Of a DNA stretch of 64,000 nt, positions 49,050 through 59,283 are shown one piece after another (within the stretch, counting starts at the first letter, position 1; each line of letters opens with the position of its first letter). The position numbers and the translations under genes are program-made. Below the pieces are notes generated by a model. That model was not told the DNA's origin and ran no database searches. It was given only the letters and a program-made list of their open reading frames with translations. This stretch comes from Planctomycetota bacterium (GTDB taxonomy: Bacteria > Planctomycetota > UBA8108 > SXIK01): positions 4,224,001-4,288,000 of the forward strand of contig OZ244999.1 in assembly GCA_965223265.1 (NCBI GenBank), in the 5' to 3' direction.

Positions 49050-50633
49050 TCAGCGAATCAACGCCGACCGTTTCTCCCGAATGTACTCAGCCGAACGCAG
49101 CGCGAGCGCTGCCAGTGTGGCCGTGGGATTGACCGCCGCCCCGGTCGGAAACAGGCTCGAGCCTGCGACGAATAGGTTCTCGACTTCATGTGCTTGCCCG
49201 TAAGAGTTGGTCACTGAGCTCTCGGGATCATTTCCCATCAGCGTGCCGCCCATCTCGTGAATAGCGATGCGGTCGCCCGCCCATACTTCTGTCGTGTTCG
49301 CGGCCTTGAAGATATCGAGTCCTTCTTCTTTCGCAAGCTCGAGGCGCACCGCGTTCTCGTCCGGTATGTTGTTGACGACTTTAGCAGCCGGTAGTCCGAA
49401 ACGGTCGCGACGATCGGATGCCAACTCGACTCGATTCTCAAATGTCGATGTCTCTTCACAGAGCGCCGTCATGTTACCGAAATGTCGGGTCGTACGGCGT
49501 AGAAAGTCGTCGAGCGCTGCGCCATAGAGATCGACACGACTGCCCGCAATGCCAAGCAAGTCGTTCGGCTTCACGGCCTGTCCACCAAGCCACTGGCGGC
49601 TGCCAAAAGCGCTCGCCGCCGGTACCTTATTGTCGTATCCGACCTGCGAGAGAAAGTTCGCCCCGGAAACACCGCGATGGGGAGCCGTCTCCTCCTCAAA
49701 CAGCCCAGAGATCACAACCGCAGGATGTGTCGTGTAGTGATGCCCCAACATTCCAGCGCCGTTGGCGAGACCACCGGGGTGTGCGCCGCTGCGAGAAAGT
49801 AAGAGAAGGCGCACCGTCGGAATCGCAGCCGCGGCAACAATCACGAGGCCGGCAGGCTGCGTGTGGAGCTCTCCGTCTGCGTCTCGGTACTCGACGCCCG
49901 TCGCGCGGCTGCCAGAAGCATCCGTCGTCACCTTGACGACGTACGCGTTGTGCTGGAGCCTGGCGCCGGCCCTTTGTGCCCTCGGCCACTGGAGCACAAG
50001 CGGATTCGCGAGTGCCCCGATGGGACAACCCGCATCGCACCAACCGTCGAGAATGCACCCGCGTCGGCCGTCGAAGCCGCGACTGTTGATGGCGATCGAG
50101 TTGGGCGCAGTGGCAATGCCCAACGCATCGAACCCCTTCGTGATGGCACGCGTTTGCGCGAGCTCTGGCAACGGCCGCATCGGATACGGATCGGCTGGCG
50201 GCGACCATGGCTCTTGAGAAACATCTCCGGAGACACCGAAATCGATCTGCGCGCGATCGTAGTAGGACCGCAGGTCGCTGTAATCGATCGGCCAGTCGAG
50301 CCCTCTGCCGTAGAGCGTCTGCTCTTTGAAGTCGTTTTCGTGAAAACGATACCAGTTGCCGTACCAATGGAACCCCGCACCGCCAGTTCCCCATCCCATG
50401 CCGAAATTGAATGCAGACAGCAGATCGCCTTCACCGACGATAGGCGGACCAGCCCACTTGTGGCGCCGCGACCAGATCTGCGAGCTCACCATTTCCTGAG
50501 TGGTCCTTTGTCGACCGCCTTCAAGCGTTAGCACCTCGAAGCCGGACTTAGCTAGCTCCAACGCCATCATGCTGCCGGCGATTCCCGATCCGACGATGAC
50601 GACCTCGACTGGTTCGTGTCTTTGGGTGTTCAT
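49050..50633 (-). CDS. GMC family flavoprotein oxidoreductase (gluconate 2-dehydrogenase-like large subunit)
   Basis: IVGSGIAG FAD motif, WPIDY.DL..YY, C.LDG.C..GC.IG, HEMGG..MG, NPTAT. Confidence 0.9.
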   Translation of the reverse strand: MNTQRHEPVEVVIVGSGIAGSMMALELAKSGFEVLTLEGGRQRTTQEMVSSQIWSRRHKWAGPPIVGEGDLLSAFNFGMGWGTGGAGFHWYGNWYRFHENDFKEQTLYGRGLDWPIDYSDLRSYYDRAQIDFGVSGDVSQEPWSPPADPYPMRPLPELAQTRAITKGFDALGIATAPNSIAINSRGFDGRRGCILDGWCDAGCPIGALANPLVLQWPRAQRAGARLQHNAYVVKVTTDASGSRATGVEYRDADGELHTQPAGLVIVAAAAIPTVRLLLLSRSGAHPGGLANGAGMLGHHYTTHPAVVISGLFEEETAPHRGVSGANFLSQVGYDNKVPAASAFGSRQWLGGQAVKPNDLLGIAGSRVDLYGAALDDFLRRTTRHFGNMTALCEETSTFENRVELASDRRDRFGLPAAKVVNNIPDENAVRLELAKEEGLDIFKAANTTEVWAGDRIAIHEMGGTLMGNDPESSVTNSYGQAHEVENLFVAGSSLFPTGAAVNPTATLAALALRSAEYIREKRSALIR

Positions 50634-50652
50634 CCTTTTCTCCCAGCGGCGG

Positions 50653-51207
50653 CTACCAGGGTGTCGTCGGTCGAATGTGCGGCAAATACGGAACGTTCAG
50701 TTTGCGAAAACCTTCAAGCGTTCCATAGACGACGTCCACGGCATCACTTCTGGAGATGAAATAGAAGAACGGTGGAATAGGATCCTTCCAAACGGTGGTC
50801 GAAAACGTCGCCGCTGCATCAACAACCGCTTTCCTCTGGGTATCGTTTAAGTCGAGGAAGGATCTCGAGAAGCGCTCCATGCTCTCGTCTTCTACTCCTG
50901 CAATGCCGCCGAGATAAAAATCACCAAGCGGTGGGTTGCTCAGATACTTCAACATCAGGAGCGTGTCGTGGAACGACTGGCTCAAATGCTTGTCGAGAAA
51001 CTTTGCCACGCCCGCTTCCGCCGCACCGACAGCAAGCGTGTCGCACCATGCTGAGTAGACGTCTGCCTGGTGTGGTGTGAGCACTTTCAAAGGACCGTGT
51101 GCGGTGTCCTCAGCAGCAAGCTTCTTCAGCGGGCTGACGTATTCGATCCCACTGAAGGCGAAAGCACCCGCACCAACTGTGGTGAGGAAGTCGCGCCTCG
51201 TCGTCAT
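50653..51207 (-). CDS. Gluconate 2-dehydrogenase subunit 3-like Tat-exported partner
   Basis: GGAGG RBS, TRRDFL Tat motif, GAAEAGV..FLD, F.DL...QR; adjacent to the GMC gene. Confidence 0.8.
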   Translation of the reverse strand: MTTRRDFLTTVGAGAFAFSGIEYVSPLKKLAAEDTAHGPLKVLTPHQADVYSAWCDTLAVGAAEAGVAKFLDKHLSQSFHDTLLMLKYLSNPPLGDFYLGGIAGVEDESMERFSRSFLDLNDTQRKAVVDAAATFSTTVWKDPIPPFFYFISRSDAVDVVYGTLEGFRKLNVPYLPHIRPTTPW

Positions 51208-51353
51208 CTTGCCTCCTACGTTTGTCTCCTGTGCGCTGGCGGCTTGAGCGGCCGCCCCGTCTCCAAATCCTATAGTACTCACGTTCGCCGCCTCGTTGAA
51301 AAGAATCCGTTCTTTAGCCCTTGGCTAGCTGCGATGAACGTCTTGCTGTAGTC

Positions 51354-52694
51354 CTAGCTGTCGGTGACGGATTCCAAAAGCGAGCCCGGTTCGTCTCGCG
51401 CTGCCGCATCATGCGGCGCTGAGAGCGTCTTCAAGAACGCGATGATGTCCCGAACATCTCGGTCACTCAGATGCAAACGCGGGATCTCGTGGCGGTGTTG
51501 CGATTTGTCGGGCGGGGATCGGTAATGCTCGAGCACGCGCTCCAGCGTCGCGAAACGTCCATCGTGCATGTACGGCGCGGTGTGCACGAGGTTGCGTAGA
51601 CTGGGCGTCAAGAACGCGCCGCGCGTCAGAGACTGCACTTCGACGCGATGTAGCGTGTCGAGGTGCTGACAATCGCTCTCAGGTGTCGACCATGGGCTAC
51701 GGCAGTTGAATTCATCGTTGAGAAGTGTGTCCCGGGCGCCGAATCGCCCGCTGTCGACGTCACCGTCACTCCCGAGTCCAGTGCCAACATTGTGAAATGA
51801 ATCTGTCGTGAACCGCGGCCCCAGATGGCAGCTAACGCATCCCGCATCGCCGCTGACAAACCGCCGCAGGCCGCGCTGCTCCTGCTCGTCCAGAAGTTCG
51901 CTTGCTCGGTCTTGCTCCCCTGAGAGGAGAGCTCGCACAAAACGATCGAACCGCGTCACCGGCAGCTCGAGCGTCGCCTCAAAGGCGGCGATCGATTTGC
52001 CGACGTTGACGAAGATCTGAGTGATCGACCGCTGTTGCGCGACCGTGAGCGCATCCCAGGCTTCACGCTCGCGCTGCTCGCCAAGAGGCGAGGCGCGGCG
52101 CGGCCAACTCGTCCAGCCCCCGGCCTCCGGTGTCCCGAAGATCCTCTCGTACTCGTGTCGCAGTTTCGCGTCTGACAGAATCAACCGTGCGACGCCCGAC
52201 CGTGTGCCGTTCATCTCCTTTGGACTTTCAATCGGCTCCAAGGCCTGCGCCCAAAGGCTATCCTTGCGACCGTCCCAGTAGAGCCACTTGCGATGCCGAA
52301 TCCCGACAAGGCTCGGCGAGTTGCGCGTCAGCGCCACTCGTCCCTGCCCAGTGGCTCGACCGTCCTGGAAAAAGCGATCCGGCTCGTGGCAGCTCTGACA
52401 CGACATCTTGCCGTCGCCACTCAGTCTAGCGTCACTGAACAGACGCTTTCCCAACGCTGCGGCTCGACGATCCCCGGCCAACGGGTTTCTTCTGTCCGCA
52501 GCAAAGCGCGGCAGGCTGTCGATGGAGAGCGACTTCAGCAGTCGAAGCTCGGAAGGCGTCCAGGCAGGAGACGCAGATGGAGCAACAGCCTCGCCCGATT
52601 GAGACCGCAGGCCCGGTGCTGACAGAGCCACGAGAAGCATCCATCGGCACCGAGCCTGCGTCGTGAAGGGCTTATTGGTCGTAGACGCGAACAT
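51354..52694 (-). CDS. Di-heme cytochrome c peroxidase / MauG-like protein
   Basis: LGKRLFSD.RLS, CQSCH, WDGRKDSL..QA, CVSCH, TPSLRN...TAPYMHDG; start uncertain. Confidence 0.85.
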   Translation of the reverse strand: MFASTTNKPFTTQARCRWMLLVALSAPGLRSQSGEAVAPSASPAWTPSELRLLKSLSIDSLPRFAADRRNPLAGDRRAAALGKRLFSDARLSGDGKMSCQSCHEPDRFFQDGRATGQGRVALTRNSPSLVGIRHRKWLYWDGRKDSLWAQALEPIESPKEMNGTRSGVARLILSDAKLRHEYERIFGTPEAGGWTSWPRRASPLGEQREREAWDALTVAQQRSITQIFVNVGKSIAAFEATLELPVTRFDRFVRALLSGEQDRASELLDEQEQRGLRRFVSGDAGCVSCHLGPRFTTDSFHNVGTGLGSDGDVDSGRFGARDTLLNDEFNCRSPWSTPESDCQHLDTLHRVEVQSLTRGAFLTPSLRNLVHTAPYMHDGRFATLERVLEHYRSPPDKSQHRHEIPRLHLSDRDVRDIIAFLKTLSAPHDAAARDEPGSLLESVTDS

Positions 52695-55600
52695 TTGTGA
52701 AGCGGCTGTTGTTGCCGGATCCGCTATCGTTGTCGTTGACGAAGACAAGGAACATCGCCGACCCAGTGTAGTACTGCCCCACCGGAATGACGAACCGCTG
52801 CACGCCGCCGGCGTAAGAATCAAAGTCCCGGATGCCCCAGCCTTGGGTCCCATGAACTTTGAAAATACGACTCGAGCTAAGCGAGTTGTCTTCGTCGAGC
52901 CCGATGCCGTGGATTTCTCCTTCGGCAGTACTGACAAAGTCAAACTCGACGACCGTATTCGCTGTGACTGCAAACGTTGTCGTCGAACGGCGCCACGTGT
53001 TGTCGGTCAAGAGAAGCGTAGCTCCGTCGTCTTCAACTTGAACGTTCGCCGCAGCGTCCTGGTTTGAGTAAGACGTTGTTTGTAGCTGCGTGAAATCGAT
53101 GCAGTCGGTGCACTCACCACCCGGAGGACCTTCTCCTTCGAAGACGCGCACATTACGGAATCGGCTCGTGTTGCCGCTACCGGCGTCAAAGTCGTTGACG
53201 AAGACGAGTCGCATATTCGTCCCCGTGTAGTAGAGCCCAACAGGGATGCTGTAGGTCACGAACTCACCGGTCCCGGGGTAGTTGTCAAAGGCTGAAATAC
53301 CGAGGTTCTGAGTACCATACACTCGGAACATGCGGCTCGAAGTCAGGGTATTGTCCTCGTCGAAGCCAACGCCGTGGACTTCTCCTTGAGACGTGCTGGC
53401 GAACTCAAACTCGATAATGGTGTTCGGCGTCACCGTGTAGCTCTCGAGCGTGCGGCGCCAGGTGTTGTCCGTGAGGAAAAGCGTGGCGCCGTCGTCCTCG
53501 ACCGCTACGTTCGCCGCAATGTCTTGATTCGCGTACGATTCGGTCGCGGAGACTGAAAAGTCGATGCAATCGGGACACGCAGACGGCTCGAGGGTGTCGC
53601 CCGCTTCGAGCTCAGTGAGGAACGTAGCGACGTCGGTGATTTCCCCGGCGGTGAGCGACAAACCGGAGTGCGCCGCGATCGCCTCTTCGATGGTTGCTGC
53701 CGATCCGTCATGGAGATACGGACCGGTGATCCACAGACCCAACAGAGTCTGCGTGTCGATCCCGGGCAGCACCCCGCCAGAGCGCCCGCCGCTCGCTGCG
53801 GTGAGCGTCCCGATGTCGTGGAGCACCAAGGTTTCCGAGTCCGTGAAGTTCGGACCGCTGTGGCACGAGTCGCAGCCACTGTCGATGGCGAGCGTACGAC
53901 CCGCGAGGGCACCCGCACTCAGCGACGCACCGCGGTTTGGATTCGTCGGCACATCGGTGAGAGACTCGAGGTATGCGGCAAGCGCATCGAGGTCGGAGCT
54001 CAACCCAGCCTTCGGAGGACCGAGAAGATCGGAGGTCGCCGCGAAGTCCGGGTCGCTCATAAGACCAGAGCCACCGGCGAATCCACGAATCTGGTTTTCG
54101 AAGTCCTGAATCTCATCGAAGTTGGCACTCCAGTGGATCAGACCGTGCCCAGCTCCTTTTCCCTGTAGGGAAATCGTGTTGCGCACGCCTTCGCCGAACT
54201 GGGTGAAATCCCAGACGCGACCGTCCGTATCGCCTTCGTTGTGGCACGACGCACAGCTCAGGTAGTTGTCCGTTGCCAAACGATCGTCTGCGGCATCGTA
54301 GAAGAACTGCTTGCCCGCGAGCACCGATGCAGAGAGCGTTTCCGTCGCGACGGTCGTCGTGACAACGATTTCCGCGACTTGCGGCAGTCCGGCATCAATC
54401 ACCGTACCAAGATCGTAGAGGCCGACGGATCGGTCCATAAAGTTATGCACGGCGAGCGTCCGCCCGTCGGCCGACAAGGCGAGCCCCTGTGGCGCGCGTC
54501 CGACGTCGATCCGCATGAGCTGCGTGTTGCCGTTGGTGTCGATGATCGCCACCTCGCGGCTGGTCTCAAGTGCAATCAGGAGATACTCTCCATCGAGGGT
54601 CATGACCGCACCGGTTGCCAGGCTGGAGTTGTCGTGATCGATCCGGCTCGTGGTCGCTTCGATGCCCGTGACAAGGTCAACGATCGATGTCGTCGCGCGC
54701 ACCGCCTGATCGAAAGTGAGGTCGCCGGGCACACCGCCTCTGAGGCCGCCGGCGAGGATGTTGTCCTGCTTGCTCGGGACGAAGAGTGTCGCGCCGTCGG
54801 TCGAAACCACCGGCGCCCCCAGGTAATTGGGTACGCCAGGTCCCTGAATCTCGGAGACCGGACGATTCACGTGTGACAGTACGAAGGTGTCGACGAGCGT
54901 GAGCGCCGCCGGATCGACAACGAGCACCTCACCGCCGCCAGTTGTTGTATCAACGACCGCGGTAGACTCGCCTGGAAGCGGCGGCGTGATGAAGCGGGAC
55001 ACGTAGATCGCGTCGCCGTTTGCGCTCATCGCCAAGTGGCGCGGCCGCACGCCGAGGTTCAAGGAAGCGACCACCACATCAGTCGTCGCGTCGATTTTGT
55101 AGAGTTCGCCGGTCGCCTCAAGGACGACGAACAGGTCAGAGCTACTCGGTGCGAAGACCATACCGTGAGGCTGCGACCCGGCGGGCAGCGCGAGCGTGCG
55201 GTCAACTCCGTTGGTGGTCGTGTCGACGACGCTCAACGTTGCGTCCTTCTTGTTTGCGACCCACACCTCGTCGGCGAGGGGTGCCTTCGCCAGCGACCAC
55301 GGTGCGCCGCCAACGGCGATCTCGGCCAACTTGACGCCAGCCAAATCCAGCGCTGAGACCGTGTTGTTGTCGGGGTTCACATTCCAAACGGTCTCGGTCA
55401 CTCCGTCGTTGGCGACGATGATCGTTGACGAGCTACGTGCCCGGAACTCACCGTTCGTCGCGTCGTCCGGAAAAAGATCGGAATTGTCGCCAATGCCATC
55501 GCCGTCGGTATCGGTCGTCTCGTTCGGATCGTTCGGAAACACGTCCGCGTTGTCCCCGACGCCGTCACCATCGCTGTCGGCAGATTCGTTCGGGTCATTC

Positions 55601-58600
55601 GGGAAGGCGTCGCCGTTGTCGCCCACGCCGTCACCATCAGAATCAACGGTTTCGTTTGGATCGTTCGGAAATGCGTCGCCGTTGTCGCCGACTCCATCGC
55701 CGTCGGTGTCCGTTGTTTCGTTCGGGTCGTTCGGGAATGCGTCCTGTGAATCAGGCACGCCGTCACCGTCAGTGTCCGGCCCTGGGTCGAACGGGCCGAC
55801 ACGGACGTTGCGGAATCGACTGTTGTTGCCGCTACCAGCGTCGAAGTCGTTCACGAGTACGAGCCGCATCGAAGCGCCGGTATAGTACTGACCGACAGGA
55901 ATCACGTAGGAAACGAAATCGTTCCCGGAGTAGTTGTCAAAATCCCTGATCCCCCAGCCCTGCGTACCGTGCACCTTGAAAATACGGCTGGAGCTGAGGC
56001 TATTGTCCTCGTCGAGGCCAATGCCGTGGATCTCACCTTCCGACGTGCTCGAGAATTCGAACTCGATCACCGTGTCCGGTTCGACGACAAAAGTCTGGTT
56101 CGTAATGCGCCACGTATTGCCCTGCAAGAAGAGCGTGGTGCCGTCGTCTTCAACCGTGACGTTCGCGGCGGCGTCTTGATTCGAGTACGAGCTGGTCGTC
56201 GTGACGGAAAAGTCGATGCAGGTCGTACAGCCACAAGGATCGACATTGTCTCCGATGCCGTCGCCGTCGCAGTCCGCGGTCTCGTTGGGGTCGTTCGGGA
56301 ACGCGTCGGAGTTGTCGCCAACACCATCGCCGTCCGAGTCCACCGTCTCGTTCGGGTCATTGGGGAAGGCATCGGCATTGTCGCCGACACCGTCGCCATC
56401 CGAATCCGCGGTCTCGTTCGGATCGTTGGGGAAGGCGTCGCCGTTGTCGCCCACGCCGTCACCATCAGAATCAACGGTTTCGTTTGGATCGTTCGGAAAT
56501 GCGTCCGCGGAGTCGACGACGCCGTCACCGTCGGAGTCGAGCTCCGCGGTGCACTCAAACGGCGCTGTGGCACCGACCATTGCCGGATCGTCGCCCGCAG
56601 CACCGGAATCGGCTCCGAGCGAGCCATGGTTACTGCTACCACTGAGATCGGCAACAAATTGGCCAGCGCCATCCAAGCGCCAGTAAGCGATCAATCCCGC
56701 GGAATCATGCTCCACGGTGCGATCATAGTTGTCAGCGATCTCCACCGCACTGCGGGCCACGCTCCAGAGCCGCACCTCGTCGAGATCACCACCCAGGAAG
56801 CCTGCATTGCCTCGTCCCAGCGCCTGCGGCAAGAAGACACCGCTCCAGGTTCCGGTGGCGTCCTCGATGCCATTCAGATAGAGCGTCAGATCACTTCCTG
56901 ACCGGGTGATTGCGAGGTGATGCCAAGTGTTCGCGCCGACGACGGTGTTAGCGATGATCACATCCCCGGGCGCGTACAAGCGCGCTTGGCCGAGGTGGTA
57001 GTTGATGTCCTGTCCGCTGCCTTCTTGGCCCAGGATTCCATCCGCGCTGCTGACGGTGCCAGAGAGCCTCACCCAAGCCTCGACGGTGAAATCTCCTGCG
57101 AAGGAAAGATCAGGGATGTTGACCCAGTCATTCGTGCCATCGAACGCAGCATTCGATCCGCATGCGACCACCGGTGGCTGCGAGTCGATCGTCACCTGGA
57201 TCGTGTGACCAACGGAGGGCACACCTTGATCATCGACGGCAAAGAGCCAGTAGTAGCCCGGCAGTAGCACGTTGGGGTTGGAGTTCATCGTCAGCGTATG
57301 GTCGCCGCCGCCCTGCGAGGTAAACCCTACCGGCACGAAGCGCTGGTCCGTGTTCGTCGCATGCGTCGTTCCCGAGAGGCGGACCATGCTGAAACTTGAG
57401 ATGGTGCCGCCGCTCGTCTGAGCGCCGAAGTTTGCTCCGGCGGAGGTCTGCGCTGCGGCGCTCACAATGCTGGGGCGCGCTGCCGGCGAACCGTCCGGAT
57501 TGAAGAGGTACGGCGGGGAGAAGATCTGTCCATCTTGATGGTTCACGGCGCAGCCCCCGCACGCACCACCACCAGCCGAAAGAACGCGTCCGTCCTTGAG
57601 AAGGAGTGCGATCGAGTGGTAGGTGCGCGGGATGTCCATGCTGCCGAGGGTCGTCCACTGCTGGGTGGTCCGGTTCCACGATTCGGCGGCGAACACGGAC
57701 CCGTTGTCGCTGAAGATCTCGCCCGATGTGTTACCGCCAATCACCAGGACGTCACCGGTCGGGAGCGTCACCGAGTTGTGAAACGCGCGAGCGAAATTCA
57801 TCCCTGTGATCGAGGTGATCTGTGGGCTCGGACCGCTCAAGTCGACGTCATAAACCGCGTTCGTCGTCGGCGGATTGACCGTGCGGTCGGTGCCGCCGAC
57901 GAGCAAGAGCTTACCGACGTCGTAGACCACAGCGTTCGACCACATACGGGTGCGATCGCCGACCGGTTGACCGAGCGATTGGGTACTGCCGGCACCTGCG
58001 GCGTCGAAGATGTGAAACGTCTGCGTCGGTCCACCATGGAACACGCGGCCGTCTGGCATCACCGACATTTTGCTCCACCACTGCATGTCGGACGCCGCAT
58101 TGACAGCAGCCTCGCCGTTGTTGGCGTTCTGCTCGTTGAGCAGATCCTGCATGTCGGCGCCCGGAGTGTGAGTCCAACTGTTGAGAATCGGCGTGAATCG
58201 CTCGGATGTATTCCCGCCCGCGTTGGCAAAAGTGGAAAACACTTCATTCGTCGGCAGCGTCAAATTGGTGCCATACCAACGGTTGAAGTTCATGTTCGAG
58301 CGCGAGCTCCATGTCAGATTGAATGGGTTGAACGCGCTCGTTCTTGTGTCGTTCGGATTGCCGCCCGATGCCACGATGGTGCCGTCTTCGAGTAGCGAAA
58401 TGCCGGCGCAAAACATGTCGTGGAAATCGTTATCCACGGGCACGAAGCTACTGTTCGTCGGGTCGAACACCGAGGCGTGAGTGAATTCTCGGTTCGAAGG
58501 AAAGGACGTCAGCTCGGTTGAGGACCATGTCAGGATTCTGCCATCCGGCAGTGTCGCAGCCGAGATCGCGATCTCCGGCCACGCGATCACCGGCCCCCAG

Positions 58601-59112
58601 CTTCCATCGTCAGCAGCGTTCGGGGGACCATCGAGGACGTTACTGGCCGGAATCGGCGACAATCCACCGCCGGGGGGTGCGTAGACGACGTCGAGCACTT
58701 CGCCACCAGTGCGCTCGAAGAACGTCACCACCATCGAGTGCACGCCGGTGGTTAAAAAGATCGTGCCTTCTTGTGACTGCGGCGCGTGCAGGCCGTCGTT
58801 GTCCACCACCAGCTGACCATTGATCCACAGCCGCGAACCATCGTCCGACGTCGTGCCGAAGCGGTAGTTACCGTCGGCCTGGATAGTGATGTCCCCCGTG
58901 AACCGAAACCCGAAGAGGTCGTCCTGGTTGCGCGGAGTGAGAGAAATCGTGTCGACCGTGCCGGTCTCCAGTGCCGTGAGCTGGTCGAAGTCAGGAAGAA
59001 CCGACCAGGTGCCCTCGTAGTACTCGTAGTTCCAAGCGCCTTGGGCTGAGGTCGCGAGAAAAGCAGTGACGAACAGGGACACGATCCAGGTCAATCCACG
59101 GTGGAAGAACAC
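52672..59112 (-). CDS. Giant secreted PA14 - galactose oxidase (AA5, DUF1929) - LamG - TSP3 repeat - beta-propeller - di-heme cytochrome c protein
   Basis: AGGAG RBS before GTG 59112 and signal peptide; PA14 SDDGSRLWING; copper/radical residues HDMFCAG, RWY, RTYHS, TTHATNTDQR; DSDGDGVGDN.DAFPNDPNE repeats; CASCH and CDSCH hemes. Confidence 0.88.
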   Translation of the reverse strand: MFFHRGLTWIVSLFVTAFLATSAQGAWNYEYYEGTWSVLPDFDQLTALETGTVDTISLTPRNQDDLFGFRFTGDITIQADGNYRFGTTSDDGSRLWINGQLVVDNDGLHAPQSQEGTIFLTTGVHSMVVTFFERTGGEVLDVVYAPPGGGLSPIPASNVLDGPPNAADDGSWGPVIAWPEIAISAATLPDGRILTWSSTELTSFPSNREFTHASVFDPTNSSFVPVDNDFHDMFCAGISLLEDGTIVASGGNPNDTRTSAFNPFNLTWSSRSNMNFNRWYGTNLTLPTNEVFSTFANAGGNTSERFTPILNSWTHTPGADMQDLLNEQNANNGEAAVNAASDMQWWSKMSVMPDGRVFHGGPTQTFHIFDAAGAGSTQSLGQPVGDRTRMWSNAVVYDVGKLLLVGGTDRTVNPPTTNAVYDVDLSGPSPQITSITGMNFARAFHNSVTLPTGDVLVIGGNTSGEIFSDNGSVFAAESWNRTTQQWTTLGSMDIPRTYHSIALLLKDGRVLSAGGGACGGCAVNHQDGQIFSPPYLFNPDGSPAARPSIVSAAAQTSAGANFGAQTSGGTISSFSMVRLSGTTHATNTDQRFVPVGFTSQGGGDHTLTMNSNPNVLLPGYYWLFAVDDQGVPSVGHTIQVTIDSQPPVVACGSNAAFDGTNDWVNIPDLSFAGDFTVEAWVRLSGTVSSADGILGQEGSGQDINYHLGQARLYAPGDVIIANTVVGANTWHHLAITRSGSDLTLYLNGIEDATGTWSGVFLPQALGRGNAGFLGGDLDEVRLWSVARSAVEIADNYDRTVEHDSAGLIAYWRLDGAGQFVADLSGSSNHGSLGADSGAAGDDPAMVGATAPFECTAELDSDGDGVVDSADAFPNDPNETVDSDGDGVGDNGDAFPNDPNETADSDGDGVGDNADAFPNDPNETVDSDGDGVGDNSDAFPNDPNETADCDGDGIGDNVDPCGCTTCIDFSVTTTSSYSNQDAAANVTVEDDGTTLFLQGNTWRITNQTFVVEPDTVIEFEFSSTSEGEIHGIGLDEDNSLSSSRIFKVHGTQGWGIRDFDNYSGNDFVSYVIPVGQYYTGASMRLVLVNDFDAGSGNNSRFRNVRVGPFDPGPDTDGDGVPDSQDAFPNDPNETTDTDGDGVGDNGDAFPNDPNETVDSDGDGVGDNGDAFPNDPNESADSDGDGVGDNADVFPNDPNETTDTDGDGIGDNSDLFPDDATNGEFRARSSSTIIVANDGVTETVWNVNPDNNTVSALDLAGVKLAEIAVGGAPWSLAKAPLADEVWVANKKDATLSVVDTTTNGVDRTLALPAGSQPHGMVFAPSSSDLFVVLEATGELYKIDATTDVVVASLNLGVRPRHLAMSANGDAIYVSRFITPPLPGESTAVVDTTTGGGEVLVVDPAALTLVDTFVLSHVNRPVSEIQGPGVPNYLGAPVVSTDGATLFVPSKQDNILAGGLRGGVPGDLTFDQAVRATTSIVDLVTGIEATTSRIDHDNSSLATGAVMTLDGEYLLIALETSREVAIIDTNGNTQLMRIDVGRAPQGLALSADGRTLAVHNFMDRSVGLYDLGTVIDAGLPQVAEIVVTTTVATETLSASVLAGKQFFYDAADDRLATDNYLSCASCHNEGDTDGRVWDFTQFGEGVRNTISLQGKGAGHGLIHWSANFDEIQDFENQIRGFAGGSGLMSDPDFAATSDLLGPPKAGLSSDLDALAAYLESLTDVPTNPNRGASLSAGALAGRTLAIDSGCDSCHSGPNFTDSETLVLHDIGTLTAASGGRSGGVLPGIDTQTLLGLWITGPYLHDGSAATIEEAIAAHSGLSLTAGEITDVATFLTELEAGDTLEPSACPDCIDFSVSATESYANQDIAANVAVEDDGATLFLTDNTWRRTLESYTVTPNTIIEFEFASTSQGEVHGVGFDEDNTLTSSRMFRVYGTQNLGISAFDNYPGTGEFVTYSIPVGLYYTGTNMRLVFVNDFDAGSGNTSRFRNVRVFEGEGPPGGECTDCIDFTQLQTTSYSNQDAAANVQVEDDGATLLLTDNTWRRSTTTFAVTANTVVEFDFVSTAEGEIHGIGLDEDNSLSSSRIFKVHGTQGWGIRDFDSYAGGVQRFVIPVGQYYTGSAMFLVFVNDNDSGSGNNSRFTNVRVYDQ

Positions 59113-59283
59113 GAAGTAACTCCTTGTCGGTTGACGGCCCGGTTGAATCGCTCGGCTTCTCAGACCGAGGGAGGTCTTCAACTGGCTGTTAGGTAAGTCT
59201 TCGTTCGTTCTCAACTCATGGCGCAAAAACGAGAACAAACTCCGGCTGTTGGTGCTAGTTTCTGTACAACACTTGTCAAGTTG

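Noticed and set aside
55470-56545. 69-nt periodic repeats as a possible array
   Set aside because: They are in-frame TSP3-like calcium-binding protein repeats inside the giant CDS
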